Below are positions 1 to 8,533 of a stretch of DNA of 64,000 bases, piece by piece (the stretch's first letter is position 1; every line of letters starts with the position of its first letter). The DNA comes from an uncultured Verrucomicrobiae bacterium. GTDB taxonomy: Bacteria; Verrucomicrobiota; Verrucomicrobiia; Chthoniobacterales; UBA10450. The notes beneath the pieces are model-generated. The model searched no databases. It had not been told where the DNA came from and saw nothing but the letters and a program-made list of their open reading frames with translations. The DNA is taken from NCBI GenBank assembly GCA_963735805.1, contig CAVTMK010000003.1:288001-352000 (forward strand), written 5' to 3'. The translations under genes and the position numbers were made by a program.

Positions 1-11
1 ATCTGCAGACT

Positions 12-31
12 AACCGCGAATAAACACGAAT
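12..31 (+). repeat. Left arm of ~10-bp repeats flanking the GxxExxY gene
   Basis: AACCGCGAAT AAACACGAAT; inverted relative to the ATTCGCGTC(T/C) units at 438-464. Confidence 0.6.
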
Positions 32-48
32 TATTATTGTAGAAAGAG

Positions 49-426
49 GTGTACACAGTCGTGGGATGCGCTATTGAGGTCTTAAACGTTCGCGGCCACG
101 GCCTGCACGAGAAAATTTATGAGAACTGCCTGTGTGCGGAGTTTCGTCTGCGCGGTATTCCCTTCACTCAACAGGAGCGACACCAGGTTTTGTACAAAGG
201 CGAGTATGTACCGGATCTTGTCGTGGAACAGAAATTGATCGTCGACACAAACACAATTGACCGCATCACCGACCACGAACGCGGTCAGATGTTGAATTAC
301 CCCCGGATCACTACTCTACCCGTTGGGATCATCCTGAATTTCAAACACGCGCGCCTGGAGTGGGAGCGTCTCGTGCTAAGCGGCGAACGCATGTTGGATG
401 GGAATAAAGAGGAATTGATTTTGTAG
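49..426 (+). CDS. GxxExxY protein (PD-(D/E)xK-like), possibly degenerate
   Basis: GLHEKIY motif, PDLVVEQKLIVDT, Q-x-LNY, GIILNF; the expected Lys after VDT is Asn. Confidence 0.8.
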   Translation: MYTVVGCAIEVLNVRGHGLHEKIYENCLCAEFRLRGIPFTQQERHQVLYKGEYVPDLVVEQKLIVDTNTIDRITDHERGQMLNYPRITTLPVGIILNFKHARLEWERLVLSGERMLDGNKEELIL

Positions 427-437
427 CTTCCGTCCCT

Positions 438-464
438 ATTCGCGTCTATTCGCGTCCATTCGCG
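438..464 (-). repeat. Right arm tandem 10-bp repeats downstream of the GxxExxY gene
   Basis: ATTCGCGTCT ATTCGCGTCC ATTCGCG. Confidence 0.7.
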
Positions 465-537
465 ATTAACTGAAGTTTTATGACCTATGCTTCGGCGCGA
501 TTACGCCGGCTCGCCTCGCACACAGTCAGGCAAGTAT

Positions 538-888
538 TCAGCTGTGCAATTCGAACCAGGCAGGTTTCAGATGGGCCAGCGGCTCTTTTAGTTTCGCCAG
601 CTGTGCGGCTGGCCCGTGGACTTCGATGCGAATCAGATCAGCCATCGCCAGCGCCTGCGCTAGCATCGCCCCCACGTTTTCCAGGTGCGCCAGCAGCGCT
701 TCGGCGTTGACGTAGCCTTCGCGACAGAATACTTCGTCGCCGTTGATTGTGAACTCATAGAAAAGATTACCCGTTTCGTTCTGCGTCTTGGCCGCAAACT
801 CCGGCAGAATCGCCTTCAAATACGGCATCTTATCCGAAGCCACCTTGAAGTAGGGATGCAAACTGACGAATCTCGAAAGCTGATTCAT
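538..888 (-). CDS. ABM/putative quinol monooxygenase-like dimeric alpha-beta barrel protein
   Basis: 116 aa; NETGNLFYEF, REGYVNAEALLAHL, IEVHGP pattern. Confidence 0.6.
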   Translation of the reverse strand: MNQLSRFVSLHPYFKVASDKMPYLKAILPEFAAKTQNETGNLFYEFTINGDEVFCREGYVNAEALLAHLENVGAMLAQALAMADLIRIEVHGPAAQLAKLKEPLAHLKPAWFELHS

Positions 889-969
889 ACCTTGATGGTA
901 AACCTTTCAGGTATGCAGGGCGAGGCCAGACGCGCGCTCAATAAATGCCTGCCGCGATCGGGCGGAGCG

Positions 970-2112
970 TTAACCGTACGTGAGGTCAGTGCTCTGTCCG
1001 ACCTCGATAATGTAACCGTCAGGATCGCGGATGTAGCAGCGCGTCTCGCCGTACTTGGGGATCGGCTCCGTGATGAACTCGGCTCCTCGACTTTTCCACG
1101 ATTCGTAGCACGCTTGAATATCCGCGACGCGGATATTCATAAAGCTGTTGATGTGATTTGGGTCGGGCACGGCGAGGGTTACAGACGGCTTGTCAGGCGT
1201 CGGTCCGCCCCCGACGTTGACCAGGAGCCACGTATTCGCGATTTGAATGTACGCAGGTGCGCCCGAGCTGTCGCCTCTGCTCAGAATGCGACCTCCGAAG
1301 ACGGTTTCATAGAAGCGAGCTGATCGTTCGATATCGGCGACGGTGAGAAAATGTGCGATGCTGATTCCCTCCCGCGGGGGCATCTCATAACTCCTCTGCT
1401 CGATTTGCACGCTGTCCGTTGACGACTCCGATTCCGATCCAGTCATGAGTTTCAGAAGCGCCTGAGCCGTCGAGGTCGACGATGCGGGGTTCTGCCCGGT
1501 AACGAGCCGGCCGTCAACGATGGAAAACGGCTGCCAGTTCGCCTTCTTCTCAAAGATGGCCCCGAGCCGTAGCAGTTCGTCTTCGACGAGAAACGGAACG
1601 ACGTGAGTCAGCTGAACAGCTTCTTCTTCCCCATTGGTAAAGCCGGTCACGTGCTTGCCCTTCACCAGCGGCTCACCTTTGTAGGTGACATGGCGGAGCA
1701 CACCGGGCGAGTGGCAGACCAGCGCTATTGGTTTGCCGGAGTTGTAAAACGATTCGAGTAGAGCAATGGAAACGGGGTCTTCTGCGAGGTCCCACATCGG
1801 GCCGTGTCCACCGGGATAGAACACGGTGTCAAAATCTTCCGCCTTCACGCTCGAAAGCTTGACTGTGTTAGCGAGAGCTTCCTGTGCCGTCTTATCTTTT
1901 TTGAACCGCGTCATGGCGTCTGTCTGATTTTGCGGCTCGTCGCTCTTGGGATCGATCGGCGGTTGACCGCCTTTCGGAGAAGCGAGTGTCAGTTGAACGC
2001 CGGCGTCTCTAAACACGAAGTAAGGCGCGGCAAATTCTTCCAGCCAGAAGCCCGTCTTGCGACCGGTTTTACCGAGTTGATCATGCGAAGTTAACACCAT
2101 TACGATTTTCAT
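970..2112 (-). CDS. DJ-1/PfpI (type 1 glutamine amidotransferase-like) protein fused to a C-terminal VOC/glyoxalase domain
   Basis: KTGFWLEEFAAPY, PGGHGPMWDL, VCH nucleophile, TGQNPAS; C-terminal AHFLTVADIERS...RDPDGYIIEV; ATG at 2112 with purine-rich RBS. Confidence 0.85.
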   Translation of the reverse strand: MKIVMVLTSHDQLGKTGRKTGFWLEEFAAPYFVFRDAGVQLTLASPKGGQPPIDPKSDEPQNQTDAMTRFKKDKTAQEALANTVKLSSVKAEDFDTVFYPGGHGPMWDLAEDPVSIALLESFYNSGKPIALVCHSPGVLRHVTYKGEPLVKGKHVTGFTNGEEEAVQLTHVVPFLVEDELLRLGAIFEKKANWQPFSIVDGRLVTGQNPASSTSTAQALLKLMTGSESESSTDSVQIEQRSYEMPPREGISIAHFLTVADIERSARFYETVFGGRILSRGDSSGAPAYIQIANTWLLVNVGGGPTPDKPSVTLAVPDPNHINSFMNIRVADIQACYESWKSRGAEFITEPIPKYGETRCYIRDPDGYIIEVGQSTDLTYG

Positions 2113-2384
2113 ATTCCTTTTTCCTTGTTGTTGGTGACGCAAGCTAGCTCCATCGGATGGTCAGTTCCACGCAATCATGGTCACCTCGAACTGCAGGGCG
2201 TAATCCTACGTATCGGGAATCGTGAGAAATGCAGAAACATAATTCGCGCTGCCCATTGAAAGTCGATTAGCACTCTGACCAAGTGCATCGACGCGCGGAG
2301 TTAGTTAGGTGACTCAATTCATTTGCCGTGACAAAGTAACGAAACTTTTACATCAATCACTGCTGTTCGGCTGCGTGATCACGC

Positions 2385-3269
2385 ATGAAACGCACCTATT
2401 TTCCCGGTATCACTGACATTGTCGTCGTGACGGATCCGGCAGAGATCCGGACAATTTCAAACGATTCAAGATTGGATCGGGACTTCATAGGACATGGTCC
2501 TGTTCGCAACGTGCAGCTTCTCCGGAAAATGCTCCGTATTTTCTCGGTCAACGGTAGATTATTCCCAACTATGCGGCCGCGTACCGACCCCCGCCGCGCC
2601 ACCGCGCAAGACGAACTGTGGTCGAGACTAAAGGTTAAGGCCGACGAGGTGAAACACGAACCCGCTCAATTGGGCCCCTGGCCGAATGGGTCAGAGGGAT
2701 CGGAACTGCGGAAAAGCTCGGTCTGCTTGTGCAGCAGAGCATAGGAAGATTGTTCGTGGAAACGTTCACGGCCACTGAGGAGAGTTCGGCAGCGGCCTCT
2801 CTGGTGCTTGAGGCTGCAAGCTCTTCCAATGTCTTGAGAATGCTGGGGTGGCGCATCGGCGGCAGGCTGGAACGGGCCAAAACGCTTCTTGCTTCCATGG
2901 TGAATGGCGATCTGGCTGGCGTTATCGCGCTAATTGCAGCTCGGCAGCTCATTGTTGATGGCCTGCATAAAATGCGGCAACTTGCTGCCGACCCGGCGCT
3001 TCGATCTTCAATAACGACGGATGCTGCCGTGGACGAATGCCTCTTTGCACCACCCACCGTTGTACGCCAGGCAAAAACCTCCGGCGAGGTGGGCGGTTGT
3101 CCCTTTAGAAGAGGTTCGCTCTTCATCCTTGAGCTGGGAAGCGCGAGCAAAGGCGCAGCGAATCGTGACCTCGTCTTCCTCAGTCAGAGTTGGAGCCGCT
3201 GTCCCGGCCGAAAAGTGGGTGCCTGCGCTATTGGAAGGCGTGTGGACGCGCGTGTTAGGCACACCGTGA
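2385..3269 (+). pseudogene. Frameshifted gene for a divergent cytochrome P450-like protein
   Basis: Three overlapping + frames join after restoring one C at 2675-2678 and removing one C at 3203-3205; DECLFAPPTVVRQA and FLSQSWSRCPAEKW resemble P450 K-helix and Cys-pocket motifs. Confidence 0.5.
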
Positions 3270-3307
3270 GGCCCGACGAGCACCCTGCGAGTCATGGCGA
3301 AGTGCGA

Positions 3308-4192
3308 TCATCTCGCGAATGCCCTCGCGAGATGATCCTTAAATTGAGCGGCTACAGTTTCGAGCGATCCTAAAGGCCCGGCGCGCACGATGGCGATTGT
3401 CATCTGAAGATCAAGGTCTTTCGGCTTGATCATGCGAATGGCGCCTCCTGCGTAGCGCCTAACGAAACGTTCCGGAAGCAGGCCCAGTCCACAGCCCGCT
3501 TTTATGAATGCAAGCTGCAAATGCATGTTGTGGATTTCGGCTGCGATCGTCGCGGGTGGCCCGGCTTTGTCGAGAATGCCGAGAAGCGCGGCCCTCAGCA
3601 GACAGCCGGGAGGATTGAGAACCCATTGCGACGCGGACATCGCCTGCCATGTTGGCGTCCGCCCACCCCTCGATCGACCTTTCTCGACGATTACCATGCG
3701 ATCCGTGGCGACAATGTCGACAAGGAGCGACGGAGGCAAACCATGGGGATCCGGTCGCAGCACGACCGCGAGATCGAGTTGACCTGCTTGGACCTTGGCG
3801 ATGAGGTCGCCCGCTAAATCGCTCAGAAGACTAAGCTTGAGTTTCGGAAAGCGCTTTGTCAGCGCCTGCACCGGCTTGACCAACGCGCCATCGGCTAGGG
3901 CGTGCGAAACACCAATGCGAAATGGCCCCGAAGGCTCCGCATCCGTTGCAGCGAGAGCCTTGAGGTCGTCGACGTGCTTCAGCACATCGCGGCTCTGTTG
4001 CACGATCCGGATGCCCAGCGGCGTCAACCGCGGCGGCTTGACGGATCTGTCGAGCAGTTGGGCGCCGAGTTCGGCCTCGAGCCTCTGCATTTGGCGCGTT
4101 ATGGCGGAGGGCGTGCGATGCAGGCGGCTTGCCGCGCGCGCGATCGATCCGGCTTCGGCAAATTCGACCAATGCATGAATGTCTTCGAACAT
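3308..4192 (-). CDS. LysR family transcriptional regulator
   Basis: N-terminal HTH GSIARAASRLHRTPSAITRQMQRLEAELGAQLLDR; LysR substrate-binding domain. Confidence 0.92.
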   Translation of the reverse strand: MFEDIHALVEFAEAGSIARAASRLHRTPSAITRQMQRLEAELGAQLLDRSVKPPRLTPLGIRIVQQSRDVLKHVDDLKALAATDAEPSGPFRIGVSHALADGALVKPVQALTKRFPKLKLSLLSDLAGDLIAKVQAGQLDLAVVLRPDPHGLPPSLLVDIVATDRMVIVEKGRSRGGRTPTWQAMSASQWVLNPPGCLLRAALLGILDKAGPPATIAAEIHNMHLQLAFIKAGCGLGLLPERFVRRYAGGAIRMIKPKDLDLQMTIAIVRAGPLGSLETVAAQFKDHLARAFAR

Positions 4193-4376
4193 GGCGGTCA
4201 CCCGAGGCTTGAGGAACAGCAATAGGAAGATTCTACCGAAATCGCAATATCATAGTGATTAAAATGAACTTTGTGAACGTTGCGCAGGTGCTAATATCGA
4301 CTTCGAAACACTCGGGACAGGTCAGGTTAATCCGGATGTTAGCCGAGTAGAGAAACATCACAACAGGTGAAGAAAA

Positions 4377-4859
4377 ATGATTAAGACTATTACGTTATCC
4401 ATGTGTCTCGCAGCTTCCTTACTTTCGCTTGATGCACGTGCCCAGGATACACTTACCCGGGATGCACTTGCCCAAAATGACCGCCAGTATACTGACGGCC
4501 CGGTCACTGAGGTGAACTACCTACAAGTGGAGTACGGGCATTTTCCAGAGTACATCGCTTGGCTAAATTCGACATGGAAGCCGACCATGGAAGCCATGAA
4601 GAAAGCTGGGCTAATCATCGATTACAAGGTCTTCCAGGCCAGTCCCAAATCACCGGATCAGCCCAATATATTTTTATATCTCACTTTTAAAAACATGGCG
4701 GCTTATGCTGGGAACATCGGCGATAAAGGCATCGAGCAAGAATATGTGGCCAGGAAGGTAATCGGTAGCACCGAGTTTCAGAACAAGAAAAGAGTGGAAC
4801 GGAGTGAATACAGAAAAGTCCTGGGCATTGAATTGATTCGTGAAATTATTTTAAAATGA
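4377..4859 (+). CDS. Secreted hypothetical protein, divergent from LysR
   Basis: Signal peptide ending ARA-QD; 160 aa. Confidence 0.75.
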   Translation: MIKTITLSMCLAASLLSLDARAQDTLTRDALAQNDRQYTDGPVTEVNYLQVEYGHFPEYIAWLNSTWKPTMEAMKKAGLIIDYKVFQASPKSPDQPNIFLYLTFKNMAAYAGNIGDKGIEQEYVARKVIGSTEFQNKKRVERSEYRKVLGIELIREIILK

Positions 4860-4928
4860 AATTGTTGTACGTGTTCAAGAGCGCGCACCAATGCTTCGCG
4901 CCCTCTCGCGGCTCATTATTATTCTCTT

Positions 4929-5387
4929 ATGCAAAACATCCCAGGCCTGCGCAGCTGCTACGACAAAGTCGGACGTCTGGTCTATTTCGGGCGGATGCTG
5001 GATAAGATTCGCCTGCACGCCGCCGATCAGCTCCCGCCGGACTACGTGGAAAATCTCGGCGAGCACCAGTTCACGCTCGACGGGCGCTGCTGCCGTTTCC
5101 TCGGCATCCCCTATTCGGACATAAAAAAACGCACGCTCGCCGGCGAGCCCGACGAAGCCGTCCTGAACTGGGCCCACGCCCACGGAACCCCGCGCACCGA
5201 CGAAGAATGCCACGTCTGGAATCGCTTCATCGCCAAGCTCGGCTGGCGCGATGAACGCAGCCACGTCCTGCCGCAGCGAATAAAAGAGAGTGGCCTAACG
5301 GGTAAACCGATCGAGACCCTCATCGATCACATCGAATTCGATGAAGGCCGCGACCCCGTCGCCTCGCGGGCTTGGGAAAAAATCTGA
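4929..5387 (+). CDS. DUF5069 domain protein
   Basis: LRSCYDKVGRLVYFGRMLDKIRL...DHIEFDEGR. Confidence 0.8.
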   Translation: MQNIPGLRSCYDKVGRLVYFGRMLDKIRLHAADQLPPDYVENLGEHQFTLDGRCCRFLGIPYSDIKKRTLAGEPDEAVLNWAHAHGTPRTDEECHVWNRFIAKLGWRDERSHVLPQRIKESGLTGKPIETLIDHIEFDEGRDPVASRAWEKI

Positions 5388-5515
5388 AGGCGACTCGCGC
5401 GCTTGGAAGCCCGACGTTCGCCACTCAAATGTCAAAGGGACGCGACCCCGTTTCCCTTTCCGCTTGCAAGATTCAAGGACGCGACCCTTCACGTTACCAG
5501 AGCTAGCGCGACTGC

Positions 5516-5989
5516 CTAAGGCTTACAAGGAATATCCGTATCCTGCGCAGCCACGATCTGCCATTTCCCGGCGCGTTTCAGCCACGTGTCGGTCCAGATC
5601 AGACAATGCTTTGTCTCCTTGCCGTCTTTAGCGTTGGAGACCGCGCTCTCCGCTCCATACGCGATCGTGATGGAGTCGCCGAAAAATCTCACCTTCACCT
5701 CGCCCAGTCGGCAGTCGCGCTCGAGCGCCTTGGTATCTGAGGTGATCGCGTCCTTCTTGCCGTAGCGCCGTCCGCTTGGCGATGTCCCTTGGAAGTCGTC
5801 CGCAATCACCTCCTTAAGATCCGGTTGCGGGCTACAGGCCGAGTTGGCCCACTTCGCCTCGGCCGCAATGATGAACTTCACCGTCTCCTCCCCCGGCGAT
5901 CCCCATCGAGATTCCTGCGCAAAGCTGGATGAAGCAACCCCGCCGAGAAAGAACACGAGAGATGCTGAGATGATTGAGAGGAATTTCAT
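5516..5989 (-). CDS. Secreted NTF2-like (DUF4440) protein
   Basis: Signal peptide MKFLSII; ADDFQGTSPSG, TDTWLKRAGKWQIVAAQ; ATGA overlap with upstream gene. Confidence 0.82.
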   Translation of the reverse strand: MKFLSIISASLVFFLGGVASSSFAQESRWGSPGEETVKFIIAAEAKWANSACSPQPDLKEVIADDFQGTSPSGRRYGKKDAITSDTKALERDCRLGEVKVRFFGDSITIAYGAESAVSNAKDGKETKHCLIWTDTWLKRAGKWQIVAAQDTDIPCKP

Positions 5990-6564
5990 TTGACGCCGTT
6001 CTCCGGATTCCAGGAACCTTGTAACTTGCGGACATAAAGAATCTGCCCTGTGTGATAAGCGTTGTGCGTACTGATGTGCGAAATCAAGGGCGCTTTCAGC
6101 GCTAATTTCTCTTCCGGCATTTTCTCCACCGCCGCTTCCAGGTCTTTCATCACGCGATCGAGCCGCTGCACGATCTGGTCCCAATGCGCCGCGTCGAAAT
6201 CGTTAAACGTCTCTTGGTTGTTTCCCGGACTCGCAGGCTTTTCGCCGCGCAGACCGGCGAGCGCATTCTCGTTCCAGAAAACCAGATGATAAGCGAGCAT
6301 TCCTACCGAATGGTTAGCGCTCGGATCGATTTTGCCCTGCGCGTTTTGCGGCACCCACTTCGCCTGCTCTGCAGTTAGTCCCGCCAGCGCAGCTTTGATT
6401 GGGGTAAACCACTCCGCGTTGTCGTGGGTGCTATGAAGCTCCGACAAGAGGAGCGAACGGAGTGTAACCGGCGTAGGCGCGGGCGTGGGAGATGACTGCG
6501 CGATCGCGGTATGGAGGTTTGCTGCGATGATTAGTGAAATGCTGAAAGTAAGAGACGGACGCAT
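5986..6564 (-). CDS. Secreted DinB family protein
   Basis: HSVGMLAYHLVFW and HNAYHTGQI His motifs; signal peptide. Confidence 0.82.
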   Translation of the reverse strand: MRPSLTFSISLIIAANLHTAIAQSSPTPAPTPVTLRSLLLSELHSTHDNAEWFTPIKAALAGLTAEQAKWVPQNAQGKIDPSANHSVGMLAYHLVFWNENALAGLRGEKPASPGNNQETFNDFDAAHWDQIVQRLDRVMKDLEAAVEKMPEEKLALKAPLISHISTHNAYHTGQILYVRKLQGSWNPENGVK

Positions 6565-6618
6565 ACGCCGAATCCTAGCAAGAAGCTCGACATGGGTAAA
6601 GGTTGCGTCGAGTCGATG

Positions 6619-6673
6619 CGAAGAACTGACCGCGATTTTCGCTAGCATCTTGAAGCGCGCGAAGACTTCTTAA
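6619..6673 (+). pseudogene. 3' remnant of a four-helix-bundle (TIGR02436-like) gene
   Basis: CEELTAIFASILKRAKTS* followed at once by TTCNTCC-type heptamers. Confidence 0.5.
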
Positions 6674-6879
6674 CTTTTCCTTCATCCCTCATCCTTAGCT
6701 CCCGACCTGACCGTGGCCGCATTCGTCTCCGATTCCGCCGCCGATGACGACACGCGGGATGCGATCATTGCCCACCTGGCCAAAGCCGCCTGGGATCGCG
6801 CCAACTCGTTAGGCCGATGAGGCGAGTCACTCATCACTTTTGATGAACTTCTTAATTCTTCCTTTTGCCTTCTTACTTT
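6667..6879 (+). repeat. Degenerate heptamer arrays (6667-6694 and 6849-6879)
   Basis: TTCTTAA CTTTTCC TTCATCC CTCATCC; TTCTTAA TTCTTCC TTTTGCC TTCTTAC. Confidence 0.6.
6704..6820 (+). pseudogene. 3' remnant of a class A beta-lactamase/serine hydrolase gene
   Basis: DLTVAAFVSDSAADDDTRDAIIAHLAKAAWD resembles the final strand and helix of class A enzymes; no start codon. Confidence 0.5.
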
Positions 6880-7025
6880 CTGTGGCTGCTCGCTGAATTG
6901 AAGCCGTTGGAGTGACAAGTATTAGCAATCGCTTCGCAACTGCGCTTTTCGGCTCGGTTTTCCCTCGTGCGGCGGTACGTCTCATGCCCAACGTCATCGG
7001 ACAAAAAAACAGTAGCGGCCAAGAG

Positions 7026-7850
7026 TTAGGGCGTCCTTCCCGGCTTTTGCCAATCCACATCAATTTTCGAGTAGAATCCTGCTTTGCTTGCTGCGCCGAC
7101 AATTAACAAGGGATGATCCAGTTTTTTATCAAACAAGAATGTTGCGATACCTAAAACGTAAGCACTTTGATACTCGTGCGGAACGACAGTGTTAACTATA
7201 TTTGTTTCTTGCCCTTCTTTTATATCGAAATCCTTTTGTACCTTTCGAAATGCTTCCGGATAAATGGTCATCTTTCTGTAATCAGTTTTCGTTGGTATAA
7301 GGAAGAATTGGAGGCAGACGGTGCCGCTGTTTTTACCCAGCTTAATGATTATTGAGCCTTCTGGACGCCCAGAGGTTAAGAATGCAGCGTAAATTTCCTT
7401 TGAATGCTCGGCATCGATTTCTGGGTAATGAATTTCCTTCGGGGCCTCCTTCAACATTGGAGGAACACAGGCAAATGATAATCCATGATACATATCATTA
7501 GATAGGTGCTCAGCGTGGAGCGGTAGGACTTTTTCTCGTCCAGCGGCAGTAACTTTTGTGTAGTGATGGTTATTCTTCGAAAGATCCTTAACGAAAGTTA
7601 TATGATCAAAAGGCAAACCATCAGCCAATTCTGGAAAGAATGAGTAGGAACCACTTTTGTTTAATGTAAGTGCAACAAATATCTTGTAACCGCCGTTTAC
7701 TTCTAGATAGAGTGGCAGGACTTTCCCGAGCGGTCCCCCGCCGCTCATAACTTTATGAAAGACTCTCTTAAAGACCGTTAGTCCAAGGCCATTGCTGCTT
7801 TGCGCGGAATCGATGAAGGTGTTCTCTACTACCAGTTTTAACTTGGGCAT
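7026..7850 (-). CDS. Hypothetical protein in an AT-rich patch
   Basis: 274-aa ORF, visibly lower GC than flanks, no recognised motif. Confidence 0.75.
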   Translation of the reverse strand: MPKLKLVVENTFIDSAQSSNGLGLTVFKRVFHKVMSGGGPLGKVLPLYLEVNGGYKIFVALTLNKSGSYSFFPELADGLPFDHITFVKDLSKNNHHYTKVTAAGREKVLPLHAEHLSNDMYHGLSFACVPPMLKEAPKEIHYPEIDAEHSKEIYAAFLTSGRPEGSIIIKLGKNSGTVCLQFFLIPTKTDYRKMTIYPEAFRKVQKDFDIKEGQETNIVNTVVPHEYQSAYVLGIATFLFDKKLDHPLLIVGAASKAGFYSKIDVDWQKPGRTP

Positions 7851-8294
7851 TTTTTTGAAACTTCCTCTCTCCTATTCTTCCCAATAATACCAGTCCGGCT
7901 CGGATCCCTTCTATTGCATTCATTCAATTCGCTCCATTCTTTATAATTTTTCCTTCTCAATTCTTGCTTCATTCCCGCTCCGTAAGTTGAAGCCGTTGGA
8001 ATGAACGAGCTCGCAAGAAGCAAATGCTAAATCTTCAGATCTAAACCCGTCCGCGCTTTCTGTTCGAACGTGATCGATGTCACATCGGGCATAAAAGGTG
8101 GGGGCAAATCTAAACATTTGGCATTCATCTCTCTGAATTCACGAAACACGCATGCTGGACAGCTACGTCTTTGAATAGAGCTCCTGCCCGGCGAGACGGC
8201 GGACATGGTATTGGGCGAAGAAAAGTCATGGGGTCAGCGGTAAGCCTGACGATGATGACGGATTCGCTGCACTCGCACAACTCGGATCCGCGTA

Positions 8295-8323
8295 ACCGCG
8301 TAAAAGGGTTCGCCTCACGCGGC
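8295..8323 (+). repeat. 29-bp hairpin repeat, copy 1
   Basis: ACCGCGTAAAAGGGTTCGCCTCACGCGGC. Confidence 0.92.
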
Positions 8324-8359
8324 TGGGAAGAATGGACGTTCTACGTTTACCTGTTGCCT

Positions 8360-8497
8360 CTACGTGCGCGAGAGCGCAGTCACCGGGTCGAGTTTGGCGG
8401 CGCGGCGCGCGGGCAGATAACAGGCGAGAAACGCGACTGCGCCAATCAGAAATGAAATCGCGAGATACGTCGTCGGATCATCTGGCCGCACATTGAA
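8360..8497 (-). pseudogene. 3' remnant of a paralogous ABC permease gene
   Basis: FNVRPDDPTTYLAISFLIGAVAFLACYLPARRAAKLDPVTALSRT*, similar to the C-terminus of the permease at 8534. Confidence 0.85.
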
Positions 8498-8525
8498 CCG
8501 CGTAAAAGGCTCCGCCTCACGCGGT
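8497..8525 (+). repeat. 29-bp hairpin repeat, copy 2
   Basis: ACCGCGTAAAAGGCTCCGCCTCACGCGGT. Confidence 0.92.
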
Positions 8526-8533
8526 CTCGGTCG

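Noticed and set aside
5438..5487. GGACGCGACCC direct repeat (5438 and 5477)
   Set aside because: Two 11-bp copies only; not enough evidence to assign a function
6985..7031. Integron attC site (GCCCAAC...GTTAGGGC at the stop codon of the AT-rich gene)
   Set aside because: Too short, the interior does not pair, and there is no integrase or second site
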